A DNA stretch of 64,000 bases from positions 24,118,001-24,182,000 of the forward strand of contig CM060731.1 in NCBI GenBank assembly GCA_030704615.1. Direction: 5' to 3'. Of the stretch, positions 27,326-40,700 are shown one piece after another. The translations under genes were made by a program, and so were the position numbers. Position 1 is the first letter of the stretch; the number at the start of each line of letters is the position of its first letter. This DNA comes from Takakia lepidozioides. Its lineage: Eukaryota; Plantae; Bryophyta. The notes below the pieces were generated by a model. That model made no database searches. It was not told where the DNA came from and saw nothing but the letters and a program-made list of their open reading frames with translations.

Positions 27326-27384
27326 GGACCCTTCCGCTCAACGGAGGTCCCTTCTGAATGGACCTCCGTTGAGCGGAAGGGTCC
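27326..27384. repeat. Perfect 25-bp inverted repeat with a 9-nt loop upstream of PreP
   Basis: GGACCCTTCCGCTCAACGGAGGTCC-CTTCTGAAT-GGACCTCCGTTGAGCGGAAGGGTCC; the arms are exact reverse complements. Confidence 0.95.
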
Positions 27385-28028
27385 TCCGTAGAACGGGTGT
27401 AGGTTCCACGTCATACTAAGGTAGGTCAGATATGCTTTAAGATGTTAAGTATCTATCATCATAAGTTATACAGTACTGGTCTGGGGTTCAAAACCCACAA
27501 ATTGGGGCACAACACAAACCCTAGAAAAGGACAGAGAGAGAGAGAGATAGAAGACAACGCGGCAGGAGCAGAAGCGCGATACGTGGGTGGAAGGCAGCCT
27601 GAGAGAGCGGGCCTGGCTCGCACCATTATTAGGTTTAGGTTTAGGTTTAGGTCTACTTACAATGCTCTGCTAATCGTCTTCGCTGAATGCGAGCCGAGTT
27701 CTCGGCCTGCCAGTGATCTTCGGAGCGGTTGTCGTATTGGACAACCGATGATGTGCACGCCTTTGCGGTGGATGATGAAGGTCTTTCCATTCAAGCACTG
27801 TGCTTTACTTTCATAATCCTGGGTTTGGAGATTGGGGTTTTAGTGTGTGGGTAGAAGCCAGGATTGCAAATTGGAGTAGTTATCTTTACGGTACAGACTC
27901 TGGTTGCGTGTGCGCATCTTCCTCCCTCTTTCTCTCTCACAAAACCATAAACCGTGAGCCACATGACCATTGAAATCACAGAGATACACGAGTAGGTGGA
28001 GCTGGCTAGTGCAGTGAAGGCAGTGGCA

Positions 28029-29762
28029 ATGCATGCGCAGGCGGCACTACGGGGGCCTGCAACAGTCCATGCAGGTGCAGCTGGAGTGTTGAATGTGTTG
28101 ATTCGCAGCTGCCCTGCACGGCATGGTGTCCAACTGTTTCCGGTGCGGGCTGCGTCCTCCGGATTGTCAGTCTGTAGAAGGTGTGTTGGGAAACCTCTCC
28201 AGTCGCTGCGGTGGTTTGGTCTTCCTGCTGGTCTGTCTGTCCCGGCCAGAAGTATATCGGGCTACAGGATTTCACGAAGAGCGTTTTCAGCTGTTCCTCA
28301 AGCAATTGTTGCGCCCCCACCTCCGAGAACTGGTACGAGTTCTTTCGCAGTCTGCTGATAAGTGACAACAATTTTTTTATTTTGAGATGATTCTTCCTTA
28401 TTTTGTCTGGAGCAGAAGTTGAGCTGTTTTCCTGGCTGGAAAGTAGCCGAAAACACTGAGGTCGTGAGAACCTATGGTTCAATTGTGGGATAGGTTGGTT
28501 TGGGATACCGTGCGTTAGGTCAAGGCAGAGTGGCGAAAGCTATTGGCGCTTGTTTATGCGGGTTCAGGAATCACGACATGTTGGGATGTTTCATGCATCT
28601 CTGACTCCGTTTGATTGAAGAGAAAACGAAATTGGGTCCTCTTACAAGTTAGCTCACACTGGGGAAGTTAGTGTTAGTAATATGGCTGTACGTGCATTTT
28701 CTCATACACAAGCAAGTGTTTTCAATCGTGCATTCTTAGCTTTATGATTTGTCAACTTCTGACTATTAATATCATGTGGAATAAAATCTCTTTAGTCTAC
28801 TAGAGTCTAGGCCCGTGAGCTTTCACCTCCGAACCCTTTTGCTTGTAAATTCGAGGTGCGCATGGAGTCCGTTTCTGTCAGGGGATTGCAATCCAAGGAC
28901 ATGTAGGGGAGTTTTTAATCACCACAACCTGCACTAGGTAATTGGTCACTAATGGAGCTGTCCTGAATTGGACAGGTGCAAATCCTGAGATTGTGAAGGA
29001 ACTAGGGTTTGAGCACGTGGAGGACCAATTTATTGATGAGTACAAATCTATTGCGACCCTTTACCGGCACAAAAAAACTGGTGCTGAGATCATATCCGTC
29101 ACTAATGACGACGAGAATAAGGTCTTCGGGATTGTTTTTCGCACTCCACCGTATGTTTTCTCCGAATTTTCTGTTTTTCAGAGTAGTTTTTATTCTAAGC
29201 TGCTGGAAGTTTTTGAGTACTTCTCCACAGTTGTTGTCATTGTTTTACTCCTGTATGTTTGTATGCATGTGACATGTACAGGAGTTAGGAGCTTGGATAA
29301 GCTGCAGTACTCTTGAGACTATGGTGGTCTTCCTGCTTAATTACTTCATAGTGTGTATTACTTGGTTTGTGGGTGTGGGAGAAGAAGATCCGACCAGTAG
29401 GAGGTCGAGAGGTCTTCTGGGACACTAGACCCACAAGAAAATCCAAAGATTGTATGAGAAACCCGAAAGAGAGGGAGTGTGTTACATGGCATGTCAAAGC
29501 TAGACAAGGAAAATATTTATCTGCTTTTAACCATATCAGACAGTCTAATTTGGTCACCATCGAAGTGCCTCTATCCAGATCTGCCTCCATGCCTCCCTTT
29601 ACCTAGCTTTATTTGTTTTTAGGTGTTTTAGTGGCAATCAGATGTAGAGTATTTTTGTCACAAACAGATTTTCCTCCTCACTTTCATCTCCTTGGAAGCA
29701 ACAATAGAAGTAGGAAGGGCACTAGTGTCTCCTCAAAGGAAACTCCTTTCCATGTAGGTACG

Positions 29763-29796
<34 letters not shown>

Positions 29797-32700
29797 CTTC
29801 TGCAGTGTGGTAATGGAAGACTGAGGTTGGTTGAGGTGTGTGCAGGAAAGATTCGACAGGGATCCCACATATTTTGGAGCACAGTGTGCTCTGTGGTTCA
29901 CGCAAGTATCCTCTCAAGGAGCCATTTGTAGAGCTATTAAAGGGCAGCCTCCATACTTTTCTTAATGCATTCACCTACCCTGATCGCACTGTCTATCCTG
30001 TGGCCTCCACCAACCTCAAGGTGTCCCCCCTCATCACTTTCAAGTACAGACTGTGCTGACTTGTGGTGTGGATGTTGAATACTGCATATGTATCTAGTTG
30101 CTAGCTACAATGTAGTTGTGTTTCTTGGTCAGGCTTCATCTGACTTGCTCTGTAGGGTCTTGGGACTTGCTTTTGATGCCAGTTGTGTAACTGTCTAACT
30201 GGTGGTCTGCTCCTTGCAAATTCAAGCTTGTAAACCTGGACAACCATGAACCGTATGAGATTATTATTGTAGTCTAGGGGCTGGTGGCTTGCGCTGATGG
30301 GGGAATTGGGCAATTGGGAGAGCAGGACTTCTACAACCTGGTGGATGTCTACCTGGATGCCGTGTTCTACCCACGATGTGTGAATGAGGTGCAGACCTTT
30401 CAACAAGAGGGCTGGCACTACGAACTAAATGACCCCTCTGAGGACATCACCTTCAAGGGTAGGCTGTTCGTCTTCTCACAACCTGCCACCTTCTACCTTT
30501 CTGTTGTCTGGCGTCCCGTCATTTCTACGTGTTAGTCTTGAAATTTGCACAACTTTTTTGGTCAAATCAACTGCTTCTCAACTCTTTTTAGTGCCTCACC
30601 ATCCTCAAGGGGCATGTTTGCTATTATGGCTTTGCCAATTTGAGCTGCATTGGCATAGATGCTGGTAGGGGTGTTTCATTGTGCCTTGAGGGCTTTTGAG
30701 TTTTGCAATGCATTCTGATTGTGGCAGGTGTGGTGTTCAATGAGATGAAGGGTGTTTATTCCCAACCTGACAATGTCTTGGGCCGTGTCTCTCAGCAGGC
30801 ATGCATTTTACCTGTTTTCTGTCTTCTGAACACTATCATAAGTTTTTGTCTACTGGATGTGCTTAGCAAACCTTGCAAAGGAATTTAGCTGCTCTGTGAG
30901 CAAAAAAGATGATCTGAGAAGACCTCTACAGTGACTAGTCAATGCAAGATGTGGTGGACTTGCTGTAGGAAGAGGAAGGAATAACAAATGCCAGTGAAAA
31001 TGGACTGCAGGCTTTGTTTCCAGATAATACCTACGGTGTCGATAGTGGCGGAGACCCGACAGTTATTCCTGATTTAACCTTTGAGCAATTCCAGGTGCAT
31101 TGTCTATAATTTCTGTTGGTGGATGTAATTTGTTTTATGTATCAAGTCGTAGCTTCACAACCTGAGAGAGAGAAGGTAAAAGAGAGGAGAAAGAAAGGCA
31201 TGGGGGTAGGGGTTGATAGGTATAGCTCTACTATTGTTTGCAGTAAGAGGCTTGATGGGATCAGTTCCATGCTGCTAACACCCTGGGTGCAAGAGAGGGT
31301 TGATGAAGCTTAATTTAGCCTTAGGGTTCCTGTCTTAGGGCATACAAGGCTTTCAGCCTGCCTACTTCAAAGTTGATATGGAAGTGGTGGTTCATCAAGA
31401 GTGGCCGAGAGCTGGAATTCAGGATCCCTTGCAATGTCTACAACAAGAACCCTCGCTGGTTTTAAAGTCTTATGGTAGACTAGATTTATTGCAATATATT
31501 GTCGACTTAATTTTGGAGGGAGAGAGTGAGAGGATTGTAAGAGAGAACTGCATTTCTCTGTCACAGGGAAGAGTTTGCTGCTATGAAGGAGTGGAAGGCT
31601 GTTGGGTCCATTTGGTCTCTGTTCCTGGGTGCTGATTGGGAGTAGTGGTTAACAGGAGTTCCATGCTAAGTTTTATCATCCCAGTAATGCACGGATTTGG
31701 TTCTATGGCGACGATGACCCCAATCAGCGCCTTCGTATCATCAGCTGTGAGTTTGTGCTGGACCTTGTCCACTCCCTGCTTCTTTGCTGTTGGGGGCATT
31801 TTTCTTTTGACATCCAGGCTGTGATTTCCTTGGGTTATGTTATCTGGAATTTTGTGTTGTTAGTCTTTTGGAGACTGCAGGATGAGATGAAGGGGTTGGG
31901 GGGGGTTTACCAGAATCTGAATTGAGTGGACGGAATGTTACATTTCTGATGCATAACAAATACTCTTACGCATATCCACACATCCATGAATTGGCATACC
32001 ATGTACAATGTTTTGAAATGGTGATTCTTTCACTGTCGCTGCAGCGTACCTAGCTGGATTTGAGGCTAATACATCAGCACAGGAGTCAGAGGTGAAGATT
32101 CAGAAGCTGTTCAGTGGACCAAAGAGGGTGGTGGAGAAGTATGCAACAGGGGATGGAGGGGATTCGAAGAAGAAGCACATGGTGGCCCTTAATTGGTTGT
32201 TGTCAGACACTCCCTTGGACCCTGAGACCGAACTGGCACTTGGTTTTCTTGACCATTTGATGCTAGGTACACCTGGTTCTCCACTGCGAAAGGCTTTGAT
32301 GGAAAGTGGGCTCGGTGAAAGTCTTGTGGGTAGTGGGATTGAGGATGAGCTGCGCCAGCCCCAGTTTAGTGTTGGGCTCAAAGGTGTGGCGGAAGATGAT
32401 GTCTCCCGTGTGGAAGAACTGGTGTTTTCAACCCTCAAGCAGCTGGTGGCTGATGGTTTTTCCTCTGAGGCTGTGGAGGCTTCAATGAACACCATAGAAT
32501 TCTCGTTGCGCGAGAACAACACTGGCTCATTCCCACGTGGCCTCTCGCTGATGCTGCGCTCCATGGTTAGTGGGGAGACAGAGAGAGAAAGAGAGATGTC
32601 AATAGTTGTCTACAATTTGTCATCAAGTATGTGTTGGCAGGAGCTCAGGGAGTACTCTATCGGCTCTTCATGTTTTTGGAGCTAGGAAGGAGTGAAAATA

Positions 32701-35700
32701 GACATGGCTATCTCTAGTAGACTTACAATCTGAATAAATGTCGGTGGGGATGCTGGAAACAGGCAAAATGGCTGTATGGTGGTGATCCATTTGAGCCTCT
32801 ACGTTTTGCTAAGCCCTTGGAGGCCTTCAAGGCAAGGTTGGCAGATGAGGGTGTGAAAGGAATTTTCTCTCCACTGATCCAGAAATACATGCTGGACAAT
32901 CCACATCTTGTTACTATTGAACTACAGGTGAATTTCTGTACCATTGTTACACCAATGTAGGCGGAAAGAAAGATGTCCAGATGAATCGGGTGGGAGAAGA
33001 AAAGGTGGAGTGGAGGGGGAAACAGGGATTTGGGGCCTGAATGTTGAGGATTGGTGGAATGGCAGCCGGATGTTGAGAAAGCCACAGTGGATGAAGCAGA
33101 AGAGCATGATAGGCTCGCCAAGGTGAAAGCAAGCATGACTACAGAGGATCTAGCTGAGCTGACGCTGGCCACTGAGGAGTTGCGGTTGAAGCAGGAGACC
33201 CCTGATCCTCCAGAAGCTCTCAAAGCTGTACCAAGCCTTTCCTTGTCTGATATTCCTAAGGAGCCTATCCACATTCCTATAGCTGTATGGGCCTCTTCCC
33301 TCACTCTCTCTCTCTTCCCCTTCTGTGGTCCTCCAAAAGTTAATATTTCACGTATCTGTTTTGAGGGGGGTTTGTGACTATCAGGCTGGGTTGAATTTGA
33401 TGTAGAAAAGTTGAATGTTTTACCTTCCTGACATCTAGCAGGTGGCGCAAGCATTTTCATCACATAAACATAGAAATGCGGTGTTGGTGGTTGCTGATGA
33501 TGAAGGATTGTTGGTTGGGGACAAACAGGTAGGAGAGATGAAGGGATCAACAGTGCTGCGACATGACCTCTTTACAAATGATGTATTATATGCAGAGGTT
33601 GCATTCAACCTTCGGACTGTCAAAGCCGAGTTGCTCCCCCTGGTGCCCCTCTTCTGGTACTTCTCACAATTGCAACTTGTGACACATGACTACTAAGCTC
33701 TTACATGAATATCCTGTTCTTGTATGTTGTGTCTCCATTATTTGGAGGATTACCTATTTCTGTGGCTTTGTTTGGCTCACATGCTAGATACTCTTGCGAA
33801 TCACCAGGAAAGAGTTCAATAAGCTAAACATTTGTTGTTGGGGATGCAGTCAATCACTGTTGGAAATGGGAACAAAGGATATGGACTTTGTGCACCTAAG
33901 CCAGCTCATAGGTCGTAAGACGGGTGGTATTTCAGTATACCCCTCCACCTCAGCTGTGCGTGGGAAGGCTGAGCCATCAAGTCATATTATTATTCGTGGC
34001 AAAGCAATGGCTTCACAGACGGCTGATCTGTTTTCCCTGGTACCATTGCCATTATATTGTCCCAACCTGTGGACTGTAATTCATTAGTGCGAGGGGTAGT
34101 GATTGGTTATGCTTAAAGATATTTGCTTTAAGAGGGAGAGGGAGAGAGAAGTTTCATTGTTAATTTCTTGCATTCATTTATGTTCTGTCCCTTGATTGTG
34201 TTAAGTCTCGAAGATACATTCCTCCTGCTCAGGCTGTGGCAGCAAGGGTACTGCAGGCAAAGTCTAACCACTGTATCTTTCTCTCTCGAGCAAACACCCA
34301 CAACATTAGGGCTTGATCAGATGGACAGATGGATGCCTTTGAGAAAGTTGCCTTTGCAACTTGTCCAACTTGAATGGTAGATTTTAAACATTCAGACCAC
34401 AATGTGTAATTGTGTGGTTGGATGAGGTTGGCAGATGCGAACGGTTCTGCAGGAAGTGCAGTTTAATGACCAGCCTCGCTTCAAGCAGTTTGTGTCGCAG
34501 AGCAGGTCACGCATGGAGGTATGCATCTTTCTTGGGTTGCCTGTGTATGCCTCACATGGCCAGTGTTGATGACTTCGTTGCTTATAACATATTTCATGAC
34601 TGTGCAAGTGTCGTGTCTCTCTCTTGTGCACCAGAAAACCATCTTAGGATGGTCACCTCTCAAGCTAGCAGCCCTGGCCTAAAGCTACCAAGTTACACAT
34701 GCTATTCCATTAAGAGTATGGATGTTTGTTGAATGAAGTTTTTTGTATGGCTACCTGGAATTGCAGAGCCAGTTATCAGGAAGTGGGCATCGCATGGCAG
34801 CAGCACGAATGGATGCCATGCTAAATGTGGCTGGATGGGTGAGTGAGCAGATGGGGGGCTTAAGGTAATTTTTATCCCCCTCTTTGGTGGTGAGCCAATG
34901 TACTCGTAGATACCAGGACTGAACCATGGTAAGGATAAGATCTGTTGCAGCCCTTGCTCTCATTACGTCAGTGTGACATGGTCTGTGTCTCTGGGTGTTT
35001 GGCCTCTGATTGAGCTACTGTAGGTGGGTTTAAAGTTGTGAATGGTGAAGCAAATTGTGTCCAGCTGGATGTGGATGCTGTTGGGTACTTGAGAATGGCA
35101 TGGGCTTGACGGTTGGTGCTTTAGGAGACATTCTTGTGCCTGCCTTCTGTGTATGCAGGCGTGTAATTGTCTACCCAAAACTGCCTGGATGAAACTTTTG
35201 AATTGCTCACACTCTTATATGTTTGGCTATCTGGCAGTTACTTGGAGTACTTGCGGGACTTGGAAAAGAGGGTGGATGAGGATTGGCCGGCTGTTGCAGA
35301 GTCGTTGAATGCCATTCGCAAGTCCTTGCTCTCCAGGAAGGATGCCATTGTAAATTTGACGGCAGATGAGCGAACTCTGACCACTGCAGAGTCACATGTG
35401 GCAGCCATGCTGGATGCAATGCCTGAGTACAGCACAAGTCTCTCAACTTGGGATCTGCGCCTACCTTTAATTAATGAGGGCCTTGTGATTCCCACTCAGG
35501 TTTTGCCTCTCTGCTGTAGTTTTCTCTCAGGGATCATGTGAGTGTGTGTGTGTGCGCGCTTGAACAAACTGGTTCATGTATTTGTGGGCTGACAATGAAA
35601 GGGAGATGAAAGGTAGGGCTGAATGAGATTAGCATAGTACTTATATCCACCATGGTCAGCTTCTTTTGCAGCCAGTGGTTAGTTTGTGAGGTCAAAGTGT

Positions 35701-37725
35701 CCATCCATAGGTGAACTTCATCAATGAGGTTCCATTCCATTTCCCTTAGTGGGACTGCATCCATTAGGTTCCATTTTGTTTTTCATATCCTCTTGAAATG
35801 ATCTTGATCAGGGGTGAAAGATGAGGTTGCAGGTTGATGAGAGCTACCTCATAATTTACTGGTTGGGGGTTACAGGTGAATTATGTGGGCAAGGCAGGCA
35901 ACCTGTATGAGGCGGGGTACCAATTAAATGGGAGTGCATACGTCATTTCCAAATACATTGGTATCACCTGGCTATGGGACCGCGTTCGTGTCAGTGGTGG
36001 GGCATATGGAGGTTTCTGCGATTTTGACAGTCATTCAGGTGCTGTCTCTCTCTCTGTCCCTGCAAACCCCACTAAAGTGTCTAGGAGGGTTAGTTTCCTG
36101 CAGGGTCAACGGGTGTGAGGCTATGGCAAGCACTGTTCTCAGGGAACGGCATAAGTACCTTCTCTGTCCACCCCACTAAAGTGTCTAGGAGGGTTAGTTT
36201 CCTGCAGGGTCAACGGGTGTGAGGCTATGGCAAGCACTGTTCTCAGGGAACGGCGTAAGTACCTTCTCTGTCCACTGTGTCCCATAGGCCCTTTGAGGCC
36301 CCTGTAAGTATCTCTGTCTACTCTGGCTCTGTCTCTGCTGTTCTTCTTTATCTTTGCAGAGACTGAGTCTTAGTGTAATGGCAATGTGCAGGGGTTTTTT
36401 CCTACCTATCATATAGGGATCCAAACCTGGTTAAGACACTAGACAACTACGATGGTACAGTTCAGTTTCTGCGGGAGTTGCATTTGGATGATGATGCACT
36501 AACAAAGGCTATCATTGGCACGATTGGTGACGTGGATTCCTACCAGTTGCCTGATGCCAAGGGTTACTCCAGGTTTGAACGTTTTCTTTTTAGGCAATGT
36601 CATCCTCCAAACAGAATATAAAACAAATTTTGTGGAAATGGTTAAATTGCTTGACCAGATGTCCTCACACATTGATGAAAGTGCCACAATCTGTACTGGC
36701 ACTAGCTCGTTGAGAAAATCAGAGTTTTATTTTCCTGCAGAGACCCTAGTCAGTGGCAAAATGATAACTGTAGCCATGAGAGATTCATGTTATGACAGTA
36801 GGTTGCACTTGCCTTGTTATCTAGTGGCACAGACACTGTGAGTGTGACCTGAGGAGGGTGCTACCTTTGAGGCCTGACTTCTGTCTGGCTGCAGCATGTT
36901 GCGCTACATTATGGGAATTACCGAGGAGGAGAGGCAACGCAGGCGGGAAGAAATACTCTCAACCAGGTCTATTTCTTTGCTGCTATGTATGTTTGCAAGT
37001 TGGAGGGAACAAAGCTATACTGGTTTTGCTAGTATCCAGCCAATCAGGCTGAAAGACATATTGGACAAGGTACTCGTTGGGCATTCAGCTGCAGGAAAAT
37101 GTGTCTGAACTGTCTGCTTTGATTTAGTGGTGTATCTGAGATAGGCAGGTGTGAAGAGTACACAGGGTAGCTTGAGAAAAGAAAGCCTTATCAATAAATA
37201 GGGCACAGTCCACAACTTTGTACGGTTGAGACGTCTGAAAGGGACAGTAGGAAAGAAGTTAGAAGCACCAAGGAGGGAAGAGCTCTAGTCTCTAACATAT
37301 AGTTCAGCACTAGAGAGTTTATACATTCAGGTATTGGTACAACTCTATCAATGCATTGTTGAAAAGCTCAATCCCAGGCAGGCTGTCTTGAAAATGAGAG
37401 TTGCATCTAGACAGGTGGATGCAGGCAAGAAATCACGTCTGTGTCGTAGATGGATGTTGATTATCGTGAATGTTGTTACCAATACTCAAAAGGGCTCAAA
37501 CATGGAGATAAAATAGAGAAGCAACTGCTTGTGTATTCTGTTCAACATCTGACAGGGCCTATGTGGGAGATGGTTGTTTGCAGCGTGAAAGATTTCCATG
37601 CGTTTGCTGATGTACTGGAGGCAGTGAAGGACAAAGGTGTGGTCGTGGCTGTGGCATCGGCTGATGATATAGCAGCAGCCAACGAGGAGAGGCCAGGACT
37701 ATTGCAAGTCAAAAATATTTTGTAG
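28029..37725 (+). CDS. PREP: Presequence protease (pitrilysin family M16C metallopeptidase), multi-exon, organelle-targeted
   Basis: Arg/Ser/Ala-rich targeting peptide, then [31 protein letters not shown], zinc motif HILEH in [85 protein letters not shown] and C-terminal [10 protein letters not shown]. The start is uncertain: a short upstream exon ending at 27780 could splice to ~27996. Confidence 0.96.
36067..36274. repeat. 104-bp near-perfect tandem duplication in a PreP intron
   Basis: 36067-36170 and 36171-36274 show one visible substitution (CATAAG versus CGTAAG). Confidence 0.95.
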
Positions 37726-40700
37726 AGTTTAACTCCATTCTTTATTCATGAAGAAATTTAGTTTTGAGGTGGATTGAATCTCCAGTTTATTTCCTCCAGG
37801 GTGTGGTTGTGCCCTACAACCAGGGGAAGCACCCTAGTGGGTATTATTTGTAAGAATTTCAAGTGGTGTGCCCCAATGCATCAGGTGCATATATACATGA
37901 ATGAATTGTGCAGGATACTGTTGGTGATAACAGTTATAGAGGACTCATGTTACTGTTTACTGATCGCCCATCCTCTATCCTCGTATCTGTCCATTGACCT
38001 GTGGGCTGTGCAAAGTTGTGTCAATTGTAGGACAGGAAAGTTCCTTTCAGACTTATTTGTCCTTGCATGCTGGATGTCTGCTTCTACAGTTGGGGTTGAT
38101 TGTCGTCAAATGCTTAACAGTAGGTGATCTTTTTCTTATTTGAGTCGGAAAGGACATCTTTAGCACGTGGACTGGAAGTTACATTGGACAAGACCTTGGC
38201 TTTTGATTGGCAAAGGTCAGTGAGTGAGAAGATCACTAAGCTAGACATCCGGAGCACCTCATCCACAAAGTTCATCGACCATGCAAAGAAGGGCACGGTT
38301 CTGTGTCCCAAAGATGATTGAAGTGAGTCGGGAGTCATGATGGGCTACTCCATCATGGAAAGTGAAAGGGCGGGGATTCCAGTGGATGATGTAGGCACAG
38401 ATGACAGCTAGTTGTGGCCCCGTGATCTTATGGAAGCTATGTGAAGGGTGATCCAGATGTTGACAAAAGTGCTGTCTGTCAGCATCCAAAACTCCGGAAA
38501 GGTAAGTGCAGCTCCATAGCAAAGCTCCTTGGGAGGTGTGCCGAGGACAGTAATGGTCAAACCGCTTCGGCCGTCCCCCCAATTTATCAGTAAGGAGTTC
38601 CCTTTGCACGCAGGGCTATAAAGACGATAATTTCATGCTTCACATTCCTCCCTGCAGCACACTGTCGTGCAGGAACTCAACAAAGTCACGGAAAGATAAA
38701 GTAGTGGCAGCGGTTCTCACCAGCGGCAGTGGTTGTCCCCCGGTCTGATCCTCAACTTGTCTGCCATTATTGAGTGACGAAGGGGTGTTGGTTTGCGCGG
38801 AGGTAAGTAGGACAAGGTTGAACCTTGAATCCTCTTCCACATCCAGAGATTCGTGAACTTTGCTTCTCTAGAAATACAGAGAACTTATCCACAACTTATA
38901 AGTAGCTTGATGGAAATAGAAACCGGAAGGTCTCTCTATGTGTCGTTGATGTCAGCCTGCTCAAACTTGACTAATTAATTTCAGCTATCTGTACCGGTTG
39001 GTTTGGAGTTTAATCCGAGATGGTGGGGGCAGATCCTTTGATGAACAATGGAGTTAGCATCTAAGCGGAATCAAGTACTGTGTCAGTAGTCAAACAATCG
39101 ATCAAATTCAAAGTCCTGATGCTTGTACACTGCGTGGTAATCGAGCAATTAGTACATGACGGAGGCGATGATTGTCACTATTTAGCTGGGGTACTCGACC
39201 TTGAAAGTTATTGATAAATTGATGGAGGGATTCAGCCTCCATGATCTTCCTGAACAACACTGCAGTGACGAAAATGTTACACTCATACCATTTGCGCAGG
39301 AAGCTTACTACAGAGGCTATCTCCATGTTTCTGAGAACCTGTTGTGCCAACCAACCCTCCCCGCATTCCATCTGCCGCCCATCAACCCAATGGTCACTGT
39401 GATCACTATTTACTCACTGCTTTTGCCACCGAGTACCATCCCATCCCATTCGTTCAATACAGAATTGAATCAGAGTTAGAATTATGGACACACTCATGCG
39501 ACTTGTGCGACAGTGATATATGTATCTTACTATCCTTCAGGATGACAAGTAAGGTGCTGGATCAGTGTCTGCAACCTATGTGATGTATGTATGTATGTAT
39601 GTATGTATCAGTGATCTATGTATCTCCTCAGGATCATCACTTTTGAGGCAAATTTGATTTTGCACCTGACTTTCATGCAACGTTGTTGTTCGAAAGCTGT
39701 ACACATATAGCGCGTAATAACCAGGGGGTTGGAAACACTGATTTTCGCGAACTCTGGCCTTGCATCATTCTTCATTTTTGTGGTTCAGGTGTAGGCTCTC
39801 ATGTGATATAATCATATGCGACCCAACTCGAGTCTTTAATAAGCAGATGAAAGACCAAGCCTGTGAACCTGGTTCTCTAGTGGATTGCAAGCAGCGTTTT
39901 TTTTTTTCATTTAATACTGCATCTTGCAAACCCTAGCACAACTCTGTCACATGGATTCAATCCATTGACAAATATGACTAATCTTGTGCAAGATCAGCAA
40001 CTCTGCTCAAAGCCTCATGTGCAAGAGACTGTGCAAGTTTGCTTAGATGGAGGTGCATGACACACATATTAGGCGAGTAAGCAAAACTTAAATGAGAGTT
40101 CTCTCCATAGCTCGACCCCTTGGCGAAAGTGTTTGAACCCAAGGCTTTGCTCTTTGCGCTGGTAGGGGTTTCTAGAAATTGATAGGCAAGATCATCTAGA
40201 TCCAAGGAACTCAAATGACATGTGGCTCTTTTCCTGTGCGACAGTTGTACATGCGGGCGTCCTCATTGCAGCGACATGATGGCATTAGGGAGGGCAGTAA
40301 TGCGAAACAGTGCCATATTTGAACCTCCTTTGTAAATTTAGTGAGGCCAATTTCTGGATCGAAAAGAGGCGAAATTTCGCGCATAAAGAAAACGCTGATT
40401 GCAAGAGCAGAGCCTGCAAAACTGGCAGGGATGGGCAGCTTTATGCTGGCAAGCACGTGCAGCTGTTGACTCGCATTACACCTGTGCCGCCGCGCAGGGT
40501 CCTTCCTGTGGAGGCTCGTCTCTCTCCTCTCCTCACGTTATTACGGCCCCGGATTGGGCCTTTGTAAATTGTGCCACGGTCCACCCAGCTGCCACAATAG
40601 CCAGGTAGTCAACTTTATGCCAGGATGCACACTTGCTTGCGGCCGTCTGGATGCCAGAGATTGTGGCCCGTGGGCCGTGACTGCAGTGGAGCTGGACTTG

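Noticed and set aside
27629-27652. (TTTAGG)4 as an interstitial telomere
   Set aside because: Only about four units, not the plant TTTAGGG heptamer, and located in a 5' leader region; best treated as a microsatellite.
32723-33550. 275-aa minus-strand ORF (also 32100-32564 and 57924-58436)
   Set aside because: These are antisense shadows of PreP and GPCAT exons with no independent protein features.
39978-40214. LDDLAYQFLE fragment as a DUF506-like gene
   Set aside because: Only a short motif resemblance, with no supporting downstream domain or exon structure.
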